Of a stretch of 64,000 nucleotides of DNA, positions 1 to 14,200 are shown piece by piece. The DNA comes from Lama guanicoe (lineage: Eukaryota): positions 3,809,567 to 3,873,566 of the forward strand of contig MU053629.1 in assembly GCA_013239625.1 (NCBI GenBank), in the 5' to 3' direction. Below the pieces are notes generated by a model, which saw only the letters and a program-made list of their open reading frames with translations, did no database searches and was not told the DNA's origin. The position numbers and the translations under genes are program-made. How positions within the stretch are numbered: the stretch's first letter is position 1; every line of letters begins with the position of its first letter.

Positions 1-3000
1 GGGTACCAGATCTGGGCTGTGTTTGTAACATACACGCCCTTGTAGAGTCCTCATGGCCCCTGGGGAGGTGGGCACCGCCATGCTCATTATACAGGTGAGC
101 AAACTGAGGCCCAGCTGGTGAAGGTTGGTCCTCGACCCCAGGGTAGGGGAGCAGCAGGGCAGGATCCAAGGCTCCATCCCACTCTCTTCCAGGAGCCCTG
201 AAGCACTGCCTCTGTAAGAGGTGGGAACATTGAAGCCAGAGGGGAGCATGATCAGAGAAGCAGCATCTGGCTTCCCTGGGCCTCAGTGTCCTCATCTCAG
301 CAATGGGGACAGACATGCTGGCCCTGCTTCCCCTTCAGGGTAAATGTGAGGATGGGCCAAGGACTCCGTGTGTCTGTGAGCCCAGGGAGGAAGGGGTACG
401 GGCTGGTCCTGTGTTCACCTCTCTTCCCTGTATCCCAGAGGCCCAACCAGGGGCGATGGGGTTGCCACTCAGATCACTGCCTAAGTCCCCCAAGGCCTGT
501 TAACTCCTACTGGGTTTGGTCCCCAGACAGCGCATCCCCTGGCTTCTTGCCCAGAAAGACCAAACTGCAGCCTGGCTGGCCTCACTGGGCCAAACCAAGG
601 CTGGGGTTGGGGGTAGTTCTGGGAGGGGAAGAGGGGAAGGAGGAGGGGCCTTTGAAGCCCCCCTAGTCATGGGGTAGCTGGGACAGGAAGTGCTGGAGGC
701 TGGAGGCTGGAGATGGGGGATACAGTCGGGGCAGAGGGGAGGCCTGGGACTGGCCCCCACCACTCGCAGTTTCCTGTAGGCTCTCCCACGAGGCTGGTCT
801 GACCACATACTCATCACCTCTCCTCAGACCTGCCCCACCTCTTGTAGAGGGGTGCACCAACCACCTGGACCCAGGCTAGAATCTGTCCTGCTGGCCCTTC
901 ACTCCCCAGGGACAGTCACCAAATTCTGTGACTCCTGCCTCCCACTATCTCCCCAGCCTGGCTCTGCTCTCCATCCCCTCAAGGGCTCAGGCCTCCTTTC
1001 GTCCTATCAGGACCCTGAGGCCGGTTCCCTAACAGGACTCCCCTGCTCCCAGCCTTGCCTGTCCCCTGCACAAACACACACAGACACACACACACAGATT
1101 CCTACTTCTCTTCTCCAGAATTCCCAAAGTTCCATCTCCAAAATGCAATATGAGCCTTCACACCCCTGTTAAAAACCCTGTAATGGCTCCCTACTGCCGA
1201 GAGAGGGACTGTCTGGACACCTTAGCATGGCCTTTGAAGCACCCCTGCCTCCCCAGCCCCATCTACTTCATCAACCCCCCAACGCGAATTGCTTCAGTCT
1301 CGCTGCCACTCTCTAATCTGGGTGGGGTGTCTTTCAGGCCCCCATGCCTTTGCCTCTGTTGTCCCCTCCCCTGGAGCTCCTCCTTCCCCACCCTTGCCTC
1401 CTTCCCAGGCACTGGTCGCTCCCCTGTGGCTCCCACGTGGCTCTGGGTCCCCATAATTGCAAGGCCGTGTAGAAAGGGCTCTGATTTACAAGTGTGTCTG
1501 TCTCCTTTGTGGGACTGGGTGTTCCTGGAGGGCAGAGCCTTCATTGCGCATGCCCAGTGCCCCGGCGTGTGACCGCACGATGGCCAAGAGCTTGAGAAAT
1601 GTTTGTTGAGTGGGTGAACAGACCCTGTGCTGAGGATAGGAAAGGTGGGGGTGTGGGGCTTCCCTCTTTAGGGAGCTCCCTGTGTGGTCTGGGTTTGATG
1701 GCATCCCATTCTGGTGGAGAAGTCAGGGACATGGTCCTGGAGTGGCCTGGGCAGACCCCAGCCCAGAGCATCTCTTAGGGCACAGTCAGCCTGGTGGGAC
1801 CTTCTCTTAATAGGGAGGGCACCCTGGTCTGCTGGTCTGTACTAGGGCATTGTCATCTTCCTGCAGATATTCCCAGACACCTCCACAGGGTCCATCCCCG
1901 GCACTGCCTGCAGCAAGAAATCCACTCCCTGGTCCCCATCCAAGGCTCTGACCACCAACATGCTGAAAAAGACCGGCTGTTCCCCAGGTATACCCTGCTT
2001 GTTCTCAGCCTTGTTTTGTGTTCTAAGTTCTGCCTGAAGTTCCCCCCACCTCTTCCCCTGGTCCAAAGCCTCTCCCGCCCTCCCAGCTCATCTGAAATAC
2101 AGAGGCTTGCTGAACGTGGCTCCTAGCTTCCTCTGCCTGGCATTGGAGTTATTTTTTTCTGATGTTTTGTCCCCGTGAGCCTAGAAGGGAGCTCTTTGAG
2201 CCCCAATCCGTTCTCTGCTCTTTCTGTAGACTAGGACAACAGCCCCCCTCTGCCCAGGGGTTAGCCCTAACACAGCTGCACAGAGACCTGCTGTCCCCTC
2301 CCAGGAAAGGTAGCTTAGCTTCAGAGTCAGCCAGCTCTGAGTTTGAATCCAGACTCCCCACTCCTGGCTGTGAGGCCTTGGACAACAAACTGAGACTCTC
2401 TTGAGTCTCAGTTTTCCCTTCTGTAGAATGGAGATAGCAGTTGAATCTACCTGCAGTAATGCCAAGGTCTGACACTTCCCCTGGACAAGTCCTTCTCAGG
2501 GAGTGAGAAGCCCCAAGGGCCAGAGGATGTGCCTGCCCAGAGCCCACATCCCCTCCCCTCCCAGCCCTACTGCAGCCCCAGGAACTTGAGAATTCCCTCC
2601 CAGGTGGCCCTGCGCCCTCTCCAGGGGCCCGTCCTCCTGAGGGCAGAGGTGGATGCCAGTGTGCGGACCCCTCGGCTGGAGGTTGCCTTAGGGGCCTTTG
2701 TTCGTAGGAGGTATGGGGCTGATGGTGGAAAGAGAAGTGAAAGGCTGGGGTGGGGGCCACCAGTCCCAGAGAGGAGCTCTGAGGCATTCAAGAAACCTAA
2801 ATGTGACCCTTTCCTTCCCAGTCATTTTGAAGGCCCATCTGCTACTTTATCAAAGCAGGAGGATGGGACATTTCACATGGTTGATTTGATTTATCACTTC
2901 AAAATACTTAGACCTAGGGTAAGTGGGCCCTGGGCCCTGCAAGGGTTAGAGGGGTTCTGGGCATCTCAGAGGGGAGTTGTGAGGGTTGAATAAAATGGTT

Positions 3001-4653
3001 CCTGGGAAGTGGTTAGACTAGCACGTTGCCAGGAGCATAGCAAGCACAGGTCACGCTAGTTACCATCACTGAGGACACGAAAGGCTGTGAACAGGAGTTG
3101 GGGCGAGACTGCAGCCTCCCTTGGAGGAGTCTGGGGGCCGGAGCCGGAGCAGCGCTGTCACCGCCGTCCCGAGCACCCTGGCTGAACTCCCTGTCCCGTT
3201 GGGACGCACACCAGTGCAGGATTACTCTGCTGCTGCCGGGCCGTGGCCTCCTCTCTCCCCTCTCTGTGAGCTCTCAGCACCCCCAGGTCATCAGGGAGGG
3301 CCTCACTGAGGAGGTGGCATTGGCACCAGCCCAGGAGCAGTCTCACCGTGTCACAGGGAGGCTGTCCATGTAAAGAAAGAAAGCCTTTATGCCCTAGAGT
3401 AAGAATCAGAACTAATACTGCCATTAATTTTATAACTTTGAAAACTTATTGCTCTATTATTATTATTATTATTAATTTATTTTCTTCTTCTTCTTTTTTT
3501 TAACCATACAGCAACATATAGTCAGGATGGAACAAAGCCACCATGAACGTTTGCCTGGAGATTTCTTATAGCCAAAATATTGAACCTCTAATTCTCCTCT
3601 GAGAAAGCTCTCTCTCTGCCTTGCAATGAAAGTGTTTGATTCTGGCAAAATGTCTCCCTTGGCTTGCTGTCTCTCTGTCCATCCAGGATCTCCCTCCCTG
3701 CCTCACCTCCCCCTTTGCCTGAGTCACCTGGCTTAGTCCAGCCTTCAAACCTTTGCTCTGGAAGTGAGAACAGGGACAGGCAACTGGCCAGGCTGAGCGC
3801 TCATCTGAGCTGCCCGCCTTGTTTTACTTGAGGGGGTGTGTCTTGCCTAAGGATACACAGCACTTTGGTGGCGCCACTGGGACAAGGGCTGAAACCTTCT
3901 GACTCCTTGTCCAGTGCCCTTTCCCTGTGACCACCATTTGGAACAATCCCCTGCTTGCTGTGTGTCTTGTCTAGTTCCTCCCCATCCATCAGTCCTCCTG
4001 CCTTCTCTAGGGAGCCTTCCTGACTGCCTCACCTTCTCTCTCTCCTGCAGCTCCCTGATAATAACTCACCTGCGGAGCGTTAAGGTGTGCTGGGCACAAT
4101 TCTAAAAGCCGCAGATTAACCCTCTGGTCCCCATTTTACAAAGAGCCTGAGGCTTTGAGATGTGACGTAAATTGCCCAGAGTAACCAATAGTTGGCAGTC
4201 TGGACCCCTGGCTTTAGAGCCCATGCCCTTGGCCCTTTCCTGGAGGGATCAGTCTTGACCGTGAGTCCTTCTAGGCAGCAGGGCACAGCAGAAGGAGCGC
4301 TGGACTTAAAGTCCAATGATTGGCTTCAAGTTTCAGCTCTGGTGCCACTGCCCATTTACTCAATTTCACATACACGGAGCCAAGTGATGGATGCTGTTTG
4401 CATGGTGTGTGATGGCAACCGCCTCATTCAGCCTCACAAAGCCTCCCGTAGAGGGATAAAGAGGAGACAGAGGCACTGCGGCATCATGGGGCCGTTGTGG
4501 GGGGTAACAAGGGGACACTGGTCTTGTATTCCTAATGTGTCCCCCTCTCTGTTGTGTCCCAATCAGGCCCAGAAAGTGCTTCCTGTGCACAGGGAGAGGA
4601 GCAGCAGGAAGGCTGGCCCGCTGGGGCAGGGATCGAGGGTCTCCTGGGCGCCA

Positions 4654-4922
4654 GTGCAGCACAGTGGTTAAAGGGTTAATACTGGCACCAGGCTGCCTGG
4701 GTTCAAATCCCAGCTCTGCCCTTGCTGGCTGCCTCACCTTGGGCATGTTCCTTGGCCTCCCTGCGCCTCAGTTTCCTCATTTGCAAGCCAGGGGATGAAA
4801 ATAGAACCTCCCTCCTAGGGCTGTCTGACGTTTAAATGAGTGAATCCTAATAAAGCACTTACCATTCCTGGCACAAGGTGAGTGATTCATAGTGTGGGTT
4901 GTTATAAATGCCACTATTATTA
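4654..4922 (+). mobile_element. MIR SINE, near full length (one of dozens of MIR fragments in the window)
   Basis: AGTGGTTAA..CTGGGTTCAAATCCCAGCTCTGCC..GCCTCAGTTTCCTCAT..TAAAGCACTTA..CCTGGCACA. Confidence 0.85.
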
Positions 4923-6310
4923 TCCTGTGGCCACACTGCTCAGTGTGTGGAGCCAGAGGGCAGCTCCCGCGCCCCGGGGGCCACATTGGCCTGGGGCCAG
5001 CTGCGCTCTGCTCCCATATGGCCCTGCCCCTCCCTCCTTGAAACGTGCCCTCTGGGGATCTCATTCACCAAAAGCACCCAACCTTTAGCAAGGTTTTCGG
5101 GGACAGCAGTCACAGTGGGTATCTGGGCCCGCGTAAGCCCACTGTTGATCTTGGCTACCTCCGCCTTTCCATCCCCCAGGCCAGGAGCCGAGCCAGAGAA
5201 ACTGTGGTTCCTGTAGTGGTTGTTTTATACAAACTGGCCATTTGGGGCCCTCTGAATGACCTCCCATTTCACAAAGAGGAAACCCGAGGCCCAGAGAAGT
5301 ACAGTATTGTTGCTGGCTGTTCCGTGGCGAGCGAGCTCTTTCCCGGGCCCTGGGCAGTCATCTACCCGGACTCGTCTCTGGGTCCACAGTGCAGCCACAG
5401 AGCTGCCCGAACTTAGCCCGAGTCTCTGTCGGGGCAGCTCTGTGCTCAGCTAATGCTCGTCCTGCAGGACCGGACAGGCGCGTCGCTCATCCTCCTGTGT
5501 CATGGAGGAGGCAGCCGCCGCCCAGAGAGGGGCACTGGCTGGCTGCTCTGGGCTGCACAGTGAGCCCCTCCCGCACCTCCAGGAAGGATCCAGGGCCCTG
5601 TAGGGAAATGGGGCGCCCTGTGGGCACCAAGAAGAATAGTGGGGAGAATGGCAAAGGACAGAGAACAGGACGTGGCTCAGACCCAGACCATATTCCTGTG
5701 GTGGTGCGGGGGGTCCCTCCATCCACTGTAAGATGGAGGGGTGGAGAGGGAGAAAGCCAGGCTTGTGCTTCTGCAGTTGGGGAAACTGAGGCAGAGAGTT
5801 TCAGAGCAAGATAGTGATTCATTGGGTCCAGAAGAGTCCGTGCCAGTGCCTTCTGCTCTCAGCCCTCTGATGTCCAAAGCCCTGGCCCAGGCACCCCAAG
5901 TCCCTGAGGGAACCCCCCAAGTCCAGAGGGATCTAGAAGCAGGGGGTGAAGCCCCCTCTGCTTCTCACTTGCAGGATGACTTTGGAACAAGTCCCAGCTC
6001 TTCTTTGGGCCTCAGTTTCCTCATCTGCATAATGCATTAGTGCTCACGGCCCTCATTCACCCACTGAGGACCGACATAATGGATGAGATTTTTCTTTGAA
6101 AATTATGAAGTGAAGGGCACGTGTGAAGTTCATGATGAGGACTCAAAAAAGACTAGAGGGGGTTACAATCGTCCAAAGAGAGAGGTTATCATGGGAAGTG
6201 TCCAAGCTCTGTATATACGTATTTGACATTACTCTATTGTGTATATTTACTTATAAAATTAATTTTTATTGGTCTCAAAACAGACCTTACCACAAGTATA
6301 AGGAAATAGA

Positions 6311-6313
<3 letters not shown>

Positions 6314-6341
<28 letters not shown>
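6314..6341. repeat. Poly(A)28 run
   Basis: Read directly; lies in an AT-rich, probably decayed L1 segment. Confidence 0.95.
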
Positions 6342-6887
6342 GAAAAAAGAGAGGAAATCCATTGTTAACATTTTGGTGAAGCTTCTTTTTTCTATGCACA
6401 TGTATTAAAATATCTACATGTATATGTGTGTTGAAGACTATGGAATATTTCACATATTGTTTTATACAATTTTATACAATTTTCTCTTTTTTACTTGCCA
6501 ATATCTCAGTAACGCGTCTCCTCGTCACCAAAGCTTTCCGTGCGGCTCCCGTTTCCCTCTCACGGCTGTGGGGACTCTCTAGGGCGGGGATACTGTGGTT
6601 TGGTGAGGCAGCCACCATAGGTCGGAGCCATTTAAGTGACAGACACCGTCCCACCCCGAGGTTCCTACCTCCAGGCCTCCGCCCTGGGTGGGGAGCTGGG
6701 AGTGGAGTGAGAGACTGCGGAGGCCTTCTGGAGGTGAGGTCTGTCCCCTGATAATGCCGGCTGGTGGCGGGGACTAGGGGTGGTGCCTGGGGAGGGAAGG
6801 GCCAGCTGTACCCAGGACCAGCTCACAGGCCTCCTGCTGTGTGATCTAGGCATGGTTTTCCCCCAAAGAAGACTTTACCACTTTGCT

Positions 6888-6906
6888 GAGCCAGCAGATG
6901 GCGGCC
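6888..6906 (+). promoter_or_regulatory. CTCF-like motif (forward)
   Basis: GAGCCAGCAGATGGCGGCC fits the core CCASYAGRKGGCRS. Confidence 0.45.
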
Positions 6907-7867
6907 CCTCCTGCCAGGGCCACCCCAGCGTGGCCGGTGGAGGATGCACAGAGGTGGCGGTGGCTGCAACTGGCCTCGTTCCCTGCTCTGCCTCTAGACC
7001 CCGGGTCTCTGAGATGCAACTGCTCCATGGCAGCAAGGACCAAGATTGCTCTTCTGGACCCAAGGAAGGCCTCCAAGGGGCCGGGAAGAGGGAAGGGGCT
7101 CGTCTGCCTTGGACTCAAGGCATCTGATCTTATCTGTCCTCTGACAGGTGTGGACACTGAGGCCTAAGTCCTCCCCGGCAGGTGACAGAAATGCAGGTCG
7201 GATGACCAGCTGAGGGATCATTCCATGCCACCTCCCTTGCGGTAAAACACTGCCACTGAGACGGGAGTCCCTGGAGCCAGGCTGCCTGCGATGGAGTCCC
7301 GGCACTGCCACGCACACTCACAGGGGCGTGGCAACGGGCTAGTCACGTCACTCCGCCGGTCCTCAGTTTCCCCTTCCTGAAAATGTTTATAAGACTCATC
7401 ACATACTCCTTAGGGTTGCTGTAAGGCCTCTACAAGTTGATCCACGTGAAGCACTTTGAGCTGTGGCCACGCACAGGAAGAACACACAAACTCATGCTGT
7501 GTTCTTTCTGGCACTCCCGGTAAGGTGCAGGCTGATGTATATCCCCCTCCCTGACCTCACCTGAGCCTTCCAGCCCACAGTCTTCTGAGCTGGCAGAACA
7601 CCGCGATGCGATGGTGTCACCTGTGGGTGCTCTCAGCCGAGGGACAGGAGACTGTCCTCTTTCGATCATTGTCTCTTGGGATGTGCCCTCCTCCAGGAGC
7701 CTGGCTTTGATGGATGTTTTTGTTTTGTTCTGGGATAATCACTTACCGTCTCTGGGAAAACAGGAGTTGGACTCGAGGATGGTTATAGCTCCTTCCGATG
7801 CCAGAATGGAGGATTCCGGGATGCAGCCTGGAACGGGGAGGCTTGGCAGAGGGGCACGTGGTTGGGG

Positions 7868-8257
7868 TTTGGGCTGAATTGTGCACCCCCCGGCCCCGCT
7901 CTGCCCCAATTCATGCCTTGAAGTCCTAACCCCTGGTGCCTCAGAAAATGACTGTGTTTGGAGATAGGGTCTCTAAAGAGATAATGAGATTAAAAGGAGG
8001 TAATTAGGGTGGGTCCTCATCCAAAATGAGTGGAGTCCTTAAGAGAAGAGGAGATTGGGCAGGACAGACAGACAGAGAGAGAGAGAGAGGACCACGTGAA
8101 GACAGAGGGAGATGCCAAGGAGCGAGGCCTCAGAAGAAACCAACCCTGTTGACACTTTGATCTTACACTTCTAACCTCCAGAATGGTGAGAAAATACATT
8201 TCTGTTAAGTCATCCCACCTGCGGTTCTTTATTATGATTGTCCCAGCAGACGAATAG
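7868..8257 (+). mobile_element. ERVL-MaLR solo LTR (MLT1A/B-like)
   Basis: GGGCTGAATTGTG..GAAGTCCTAACCCC..TTTGGAGATAGGGTCT..GAGGCCTCAGAAGAAACCAACCCTG..CCTCCAGAA..TGAGAAAATACATTTCTGTT. Confidence 0.85.
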
Positions 8258-11200
8258 GTTAGAGGTTGTCTGCTGGTCCCATAAGGACTGTCTTTGACTC
8301 ACCAGGCTGCCAGGGCCTGCAGAGGGTGAGGACCTGGGAGCCCCCGTTGCTTCCTAAAGAGGAGAGAGTCCTCCGTTGTTGGGCCAGTGGGCTGTGGGAA
8401 TCTCTGGGTTGATAAAATTAGCCCTACTGTGTGCCCATCCCTGGTCATTCCTGTATTCCTTAGCCTGTACTTCCAAGGATGGCATTTTTAGTCACGTTCT
8501 CCAAAAGGGGAAACAGAGGCTCAGGAAGCCAGCTGCCCAAGGATTCCAGCCTTGGTCTGCCTGCCCGCCCCTACCCCCAAGCCGTGTTCTTTCGTGCACA
8601 CCCAAGTGCTTCTCCAAGGAGGCCTCCCACGGTCCCCCGGGTGGGCTGTGCCCCGTCACCGTGTGGCAGCTGGGATCCCAGCACCCCTGCACCCTGGTGA
8701 CGAGGGAGAGCTGGGAAGGGCCCAGACTCCAGGCAGGAATACCCTCCCCCGGCTTTCCTCCGTCTTTTTCTGTTGTTTCTTTGCTCAGCCGGGCCCTGTT
8801 ATCTTCCTCTGAGTCTGACGCCTAGTTCTTCCTGTTTAAAATTCAGACTCTGGACTTTTCCTCCGGGGGCGGTTATGTGTTTGTTTTGTGTTTTGGATTC
8901 TCCCCCAGCTCCTATCTCTGGCACTTTAGATCACCCAGGCTCAGTACCAACACTGTTTTCAATACCCCAGCGCCCCGGTGAGTGGGGGGGGGGGTCCTCT
9001 GCCCCATGACCTGGCGGGGGACATCTGGGTAGCAGGGGCAGAAGGGGGAGCCTGTCGCTTTTTCCCTGGCTGTAATATGCAGGGTCCATTAGCCCTGCCC
9101 TGCTGCCCCCTTCTCACCCACGGCCCCTCCTGCACCCCAGCGCGAGCTGAGGGTCTCCCAGTTCCCTGCAACATTCTGCTTTGAGCCCAGCACACCCCAG
9201 GAAGGAGATTCAGCCATAGAACAAGAAAAAAAAGTATGAACCTGAGTCACCTTGATAGCTCTACTCCTGAGCGTGGAGACGGGGCCCTGGGGAACCTGGC
9301 TGGCACTACCTGTGTGGGAGGGAGCACTGAACCGGGAGTCAGGAGACCTGGGTTCCCTCCCTTGGCTTTCCACCTCGTGCTCTGTGAGCTTGGGCACATC
9401 TCGTTCCCCTCTGGGCCTCAGCTTTGTCACAGGAAGGTGGCAGAGGACTTGAGCCAGCCAGCCAGCCCCAAGTCCCTTCCAGCCTGATGAGCTGTGATTT
9501 TAGGCCTTCATGAGATGCTCCTGGGGACTCCAAGTGGCGTGATTGTGGGAAGACACAGGGCACGGAGAGCAGTCAGGGGCTGAGGTGCGCATGGCCTCCA
9601 AGGTACAGACCCAGCACCACCTCATCCAGGCAGCCTCCCTTCTCTAAGACTCTCCAGTACTTCCCGTCCCCACCCAGAAACACTGGGAAGGCTTCAGGCT
9701 TGGAGTGAGACTTTGGGACCGTCCTTAACCCCCCTGAGCCTCAGTGTGCTGCTCCGCCAAATGGAGATGCTCTTTGTCTTAAAGGGCTCCTGATGGTACC
9801 CTGCACGCAGGAGGTGCTGTGTGAATGGTGGGTCTGCTTGTCATTGTCTCCTGGTGGGACGGTCTACGTGAGGAGCTGTGAGTTCCCGGAGGGCAGGCGT
9901 CGGGTCTGACCCATCCTTGGGTACCCCTGGCCCGGGGACCTCTGACTGAGAAGGGGATGCCTCAGGGGACAAGGTGTCAGGTACCACTTGAGCCCCACCT
10001 CACATCCCCTCCACTTACCTGGGTATTTATACCAGCTTCTACCAGGGCAGCTGGCTCTGAACAGGTGTAAAGTGATGGCCCCTTGCCTTGCAGCTCACTT
10101 ATCGCTCTCTTTTGGCCCCAGGTGCTAGGAACAAGGGGATAATATTCCCCTTCCTGTCTGAGCTGTGTTCTGCCCTCTGAGGGTCCCAGCAGGATGAAGC
10201 CCAGTTGCCCACAGCGGTGACTCACTTGTTAACATCCCTGAGGTTTGCTCTCCTTCCTTCCTCCACTGTTTCACTCATCCCAGTGCCTCATTTCTGACTT
10301 TTCAGGGAGAGGCTAGAGTCTTTGAGGAAGGTCCGCAGGGATCACAGTCAGTGTATAAAAGCTGAGACCGGCGTACCTTGAAAACCTCGGGCTGAACCCA
10401 GCTGTCCGGGATGAAGCCTCAAGATGGGGCCCAGCCCTGCCGAGCAAGAGAGCCCCTGGCCAGATTCTCTCTGCTCCTCCTCTCACCAGCCCGGCCAGCT
10501 AGGGCTGCATTGCTCTGTCCTGAGTAAGGCAAGTGGCTGAGCGGGATGCTGTGCCTCCCCCTGCAGATTCCCAGTGCGCCCAGGTGTCGTTCATCCCACT
10601 GGGTCCCCGGGGAGGCGCCGGGCTTCACTCTTTCTGCTTCTGTCGGCAGGTTTTAGGATATCTTTTCTGGTTACTGATTTCAGGGGAAAAAAAAAGTCTA
10701 GTTATTCTTCCCCATCTCTCAGCCCTTCCCCTTCGAGCCCCGAGGGAAGGCTGCCTAGTTCAGGGCCTGGGTCTAGGCGGCGTCCTGCCCCCAGCCTGGG
10801 AGCCCGGAGCACGCAGACAAGGGGAGAGCTGGCTCCCTACAGGGGCAGAGACCCATCCGCAAGGAGCATGGGATTGGACTCCAGTCACGGTTCCCCGGGA
10901 CATGTCACTTAACCTCCCTACGTTTCAGTGTCCTCATTGGTAAAGGAGGAATGATAACCCAGCCAACCTCAAGGGGCCCTGCGGAGGTTAAGTCAGATAA
11001 CGTAGAAATTGTCCGGTACATCGTGAGCTGGGCCTATTTGATTTCTGTGTTCTGGGTGGACAAGAGAATCAGGTTTTGGCAGGCTTGAGTGAGGAACAAG
11101 GTGGGAGAGAGCCTGGAGTTTCGAGCCCAAAGAACCAGATCCCAGCCTGGCTCTCTGCTGACTGGCTGTGGGACTTTGGCCCCATCAGTGGCTCCAAGAT

Positions 11201-14200
11201 ACTATTTGTACGTGGGGACAATCGTGAGGAGGCTCCAGTGAGACGGTAGGGCCAGTGAGCAGAGGCCTATCCCCGCTGGCCTGGCCCCAGTCCCCACCCC
11301 AGTCAGCTTGGGCACCAGGACAGGCGGGCACAGTGATCCCTGGGCAGCCGGCTCCCAGCATCCTGCCGCCAGCTCCCCAGGCCTCCCGTCTGCACGTCCT
11401 GCCCTACCCAGCCTGCCAGGGTGGCTGAGGGCTTGGAGCCGATGGAATCAGCGTGCCCTTCCCTCCTTTGTCTGCTGGTGCTTCCTTCCCTTCACAGCGT
11501 GCTTTCTTTTTTTCTGGTTTATCAGGCCCTGGGGAAAGCTGGGGCCAGTCAGGCTCCCAGCCGAGCACCCCTGGGAAGCCGCCAGCCCGGAGCACAGCAG
11601 ACGTCTGGGTCTCTGGGCCCGGCAGCTCAGCCATCCCCTCCCTCCACCTGACCCCAGCAGCTCCTGCCTCGGGGGAGGCCACCCAGTGTCCCTGGCTTCC
11701 AAAGCCTCCCTTTCCGAGGCTCAGGCTCGAAGCCTGAGGGGTGCTCATGATACCTGAGTTAGGAGGGAGGAAACTGAGGCCCAGAAGCAGGAAGTGGCTG
11801 GAGGGCCTGACTCCCAGCTGAGGGCTCCTTCCCAGCGGCACGCAGCTGCCTGTCCTCTCCTTCAAGGCAGCAGGCAAGTCAAGGGATCTGTGTCCTGAAA
11901 GTCCTGGCTGTGCATCCCAGCCCCGCCCCTCACAACTAACACCTGTGCCTCAGTTTACAAGTCTGTACAATGGGGATAGTGGTGCCAGCCCCACAGACTC
12001 TTTTGAAGGCTAAAGGCCACAGTACAAATGATTGTCCCCCCCAGAGCAGGCATTTCCTGGTCCCCAGGAGGCAAAAACTGGTCCCTGTAAAATCATGGTT
12101 ATGCATGCGGTACTTAAAGAGACATACAGTGTATCTGGGATATTAGAATTTTATAGTGGGAAGGGATTAGGAGAAACTGTCTATAAAGGCTTCTGAGGGA
12201 CAGAGGGTGATAATGAACAGAAGGTTGAGAAGCATTACCCTTGAGTTAGAGTTCAGTTAGTTTGTTCCTCAGCACAGCCTTGTCCTCTCTTCTCTGGCTG
12301 GTTCCATCCGGCACACGCTTTACCATAAAATCGGGAATCAGGTTATGCTCATCTTCTCAAAAACTCCCGGGAATGAGCAATGAGATGAGCCAAGTTTTGA
12401 CGGAAAACACTCATTTGTCCATTCATTCATTTGACATTGGCCCGAGGTCACAAAGCTACACGTCAGAGCAGGGTACCAGCTGGCAATGACCCGGGTTCTG
12501 GCTCTCAACAGTCAAGGCAAATGGCAGGGCAGTGTGTTGGCCTGGACTGGAGGGAGACCAAAGCCCTGTGGGCAGGCTGGGTGCAGTGGGAATCTTGTCC
12601 AACTCAGAGCAGGGGGCCTTCTGGGATGGGCTTTGATGGGTGGATAGGAGTTTCTCAAGTGGAAAAGAGCAGAAGGAAGGGCAAGGTAGAGAGAACGACC
12701 TGAACAAATATACGAAAGTGTGCCTGAGTGCTGTGACTGGAACAGGAGCCATGACGAAGAGGTGGCAGGGGCTGGAGGGCCACCATACCTAGGGTGGCTT
12801 CACGGGGCAACCTTATTCATAATTCCTCTTTGGTTCTCCTTCTCCCCTGTAATAGCCTTTCTATATGCACGTGACGTGTTCTTTGTAGAAAGGTGAGAAA
12901 GCCTTGAAGAGTGAACAGAGGCCCCAGCCTTCCACTTTGAAGGGAAGTTTTGCAGGCATTTCTTCTTTCTTTACGTCTCCAGCCCTTCAGGAGGGAGGGA
13001 AGGGCACACGCAGGGATCCTCTGCCTCTGTGCCCAGTGCTTTCCATGCATCAATTTCCTGCCATGCCCTGTGGGGCAGGTGCTCTTATCCTCTTTTTCAT
13101 AATGGGAGACTGAAGCCCAGAGCTGTCACGTGACTCAAGGTCACACAGCTGGTGAGTGGTGGGGACCGTGTTGGAACTCAGTCCTCCTGAACCTCCTCCC
13201 TCCACACTGGGGTCCACAGACAGGCTTCAGGATCTGCTGAACCAGCAGGTAAAATCTGGACAGGTGGAATTTTCTGGGACAGGGTCGACAGTCTTCATTA
13301 GACTCCCAAACAGGTCCATGTCCTAGATCTGGACCCCTGTGGGCTCCAGGAGAGCCCCCCGAATTTCGGGCCCTTCTCATGATTGACAAGGCCACACGGC
13401 TCCCTTGAGGGTAGCAGGGCAGCCACCGTGGTGGGACTGGAGAGGGAGCTCAGAGAGATGAGATGATTGGGTCCCGTGGGGCTTCTTCTCTGGCCTGAGT
13501 TCCTTTGCTCAACTTGGTCCACTCTCAGAAAGTTCTTCCTCACGTCTGCCTTAAAGCCCTCAAGCATATTTTTTCCTGCCCTCTCTACTACCTAAAAGTA
13601 GAAAAGAGCTCCAGGTCCCTGGGTGCTTATTATATTGGTAAAGATAAGTAACTAACCAAATAAAGGCAGGTGTGAAAAACAAGCACACACTGTCTCTTTG
13701 TAGGTCTTTTGGGAAGAGACAGGCTTGGCCTCAGGTTCCTGTCTCCAGTTGCCCCTGAACCTCGAGGCTTTGGACTGCTAAGTCTGGTAACTCACATCAT
13801 TTGCAGCAAAGTTTTCAGGTCCCTCCCCCTGCAAAGCAATGTCAGCTGCCCTTGGGCTCGTCCCAGGCCTTTGTTTCCCCACCTGTAGCATGAAGGAACG
13901 GGACAAGTTGATCTCTCATCTTTTTCCAGTGCTCACTCTGTCACTCTGTGATTTCAACGATCAACTCATCGACACAGCTTTTGTTCGCGCTGTACGCTCT
14001 GCCGGGGCAGTCCTACCTCTCTTTTTAGATCTGACCTGCTCCCACCCATCCTTCAAGGCCTGCTTCAAAGGCCCCTGCTTCTGGGACGTCTTCCCTGATC
14101 TCACAAGCTAGGAGGACTCATGCCTTGTTCCCGGATCACAGCTCGCAAGTGCTGGTGTCTCAACAGCACCTCTTGGAATTATGTCCTTGCCGGCCCAGGG

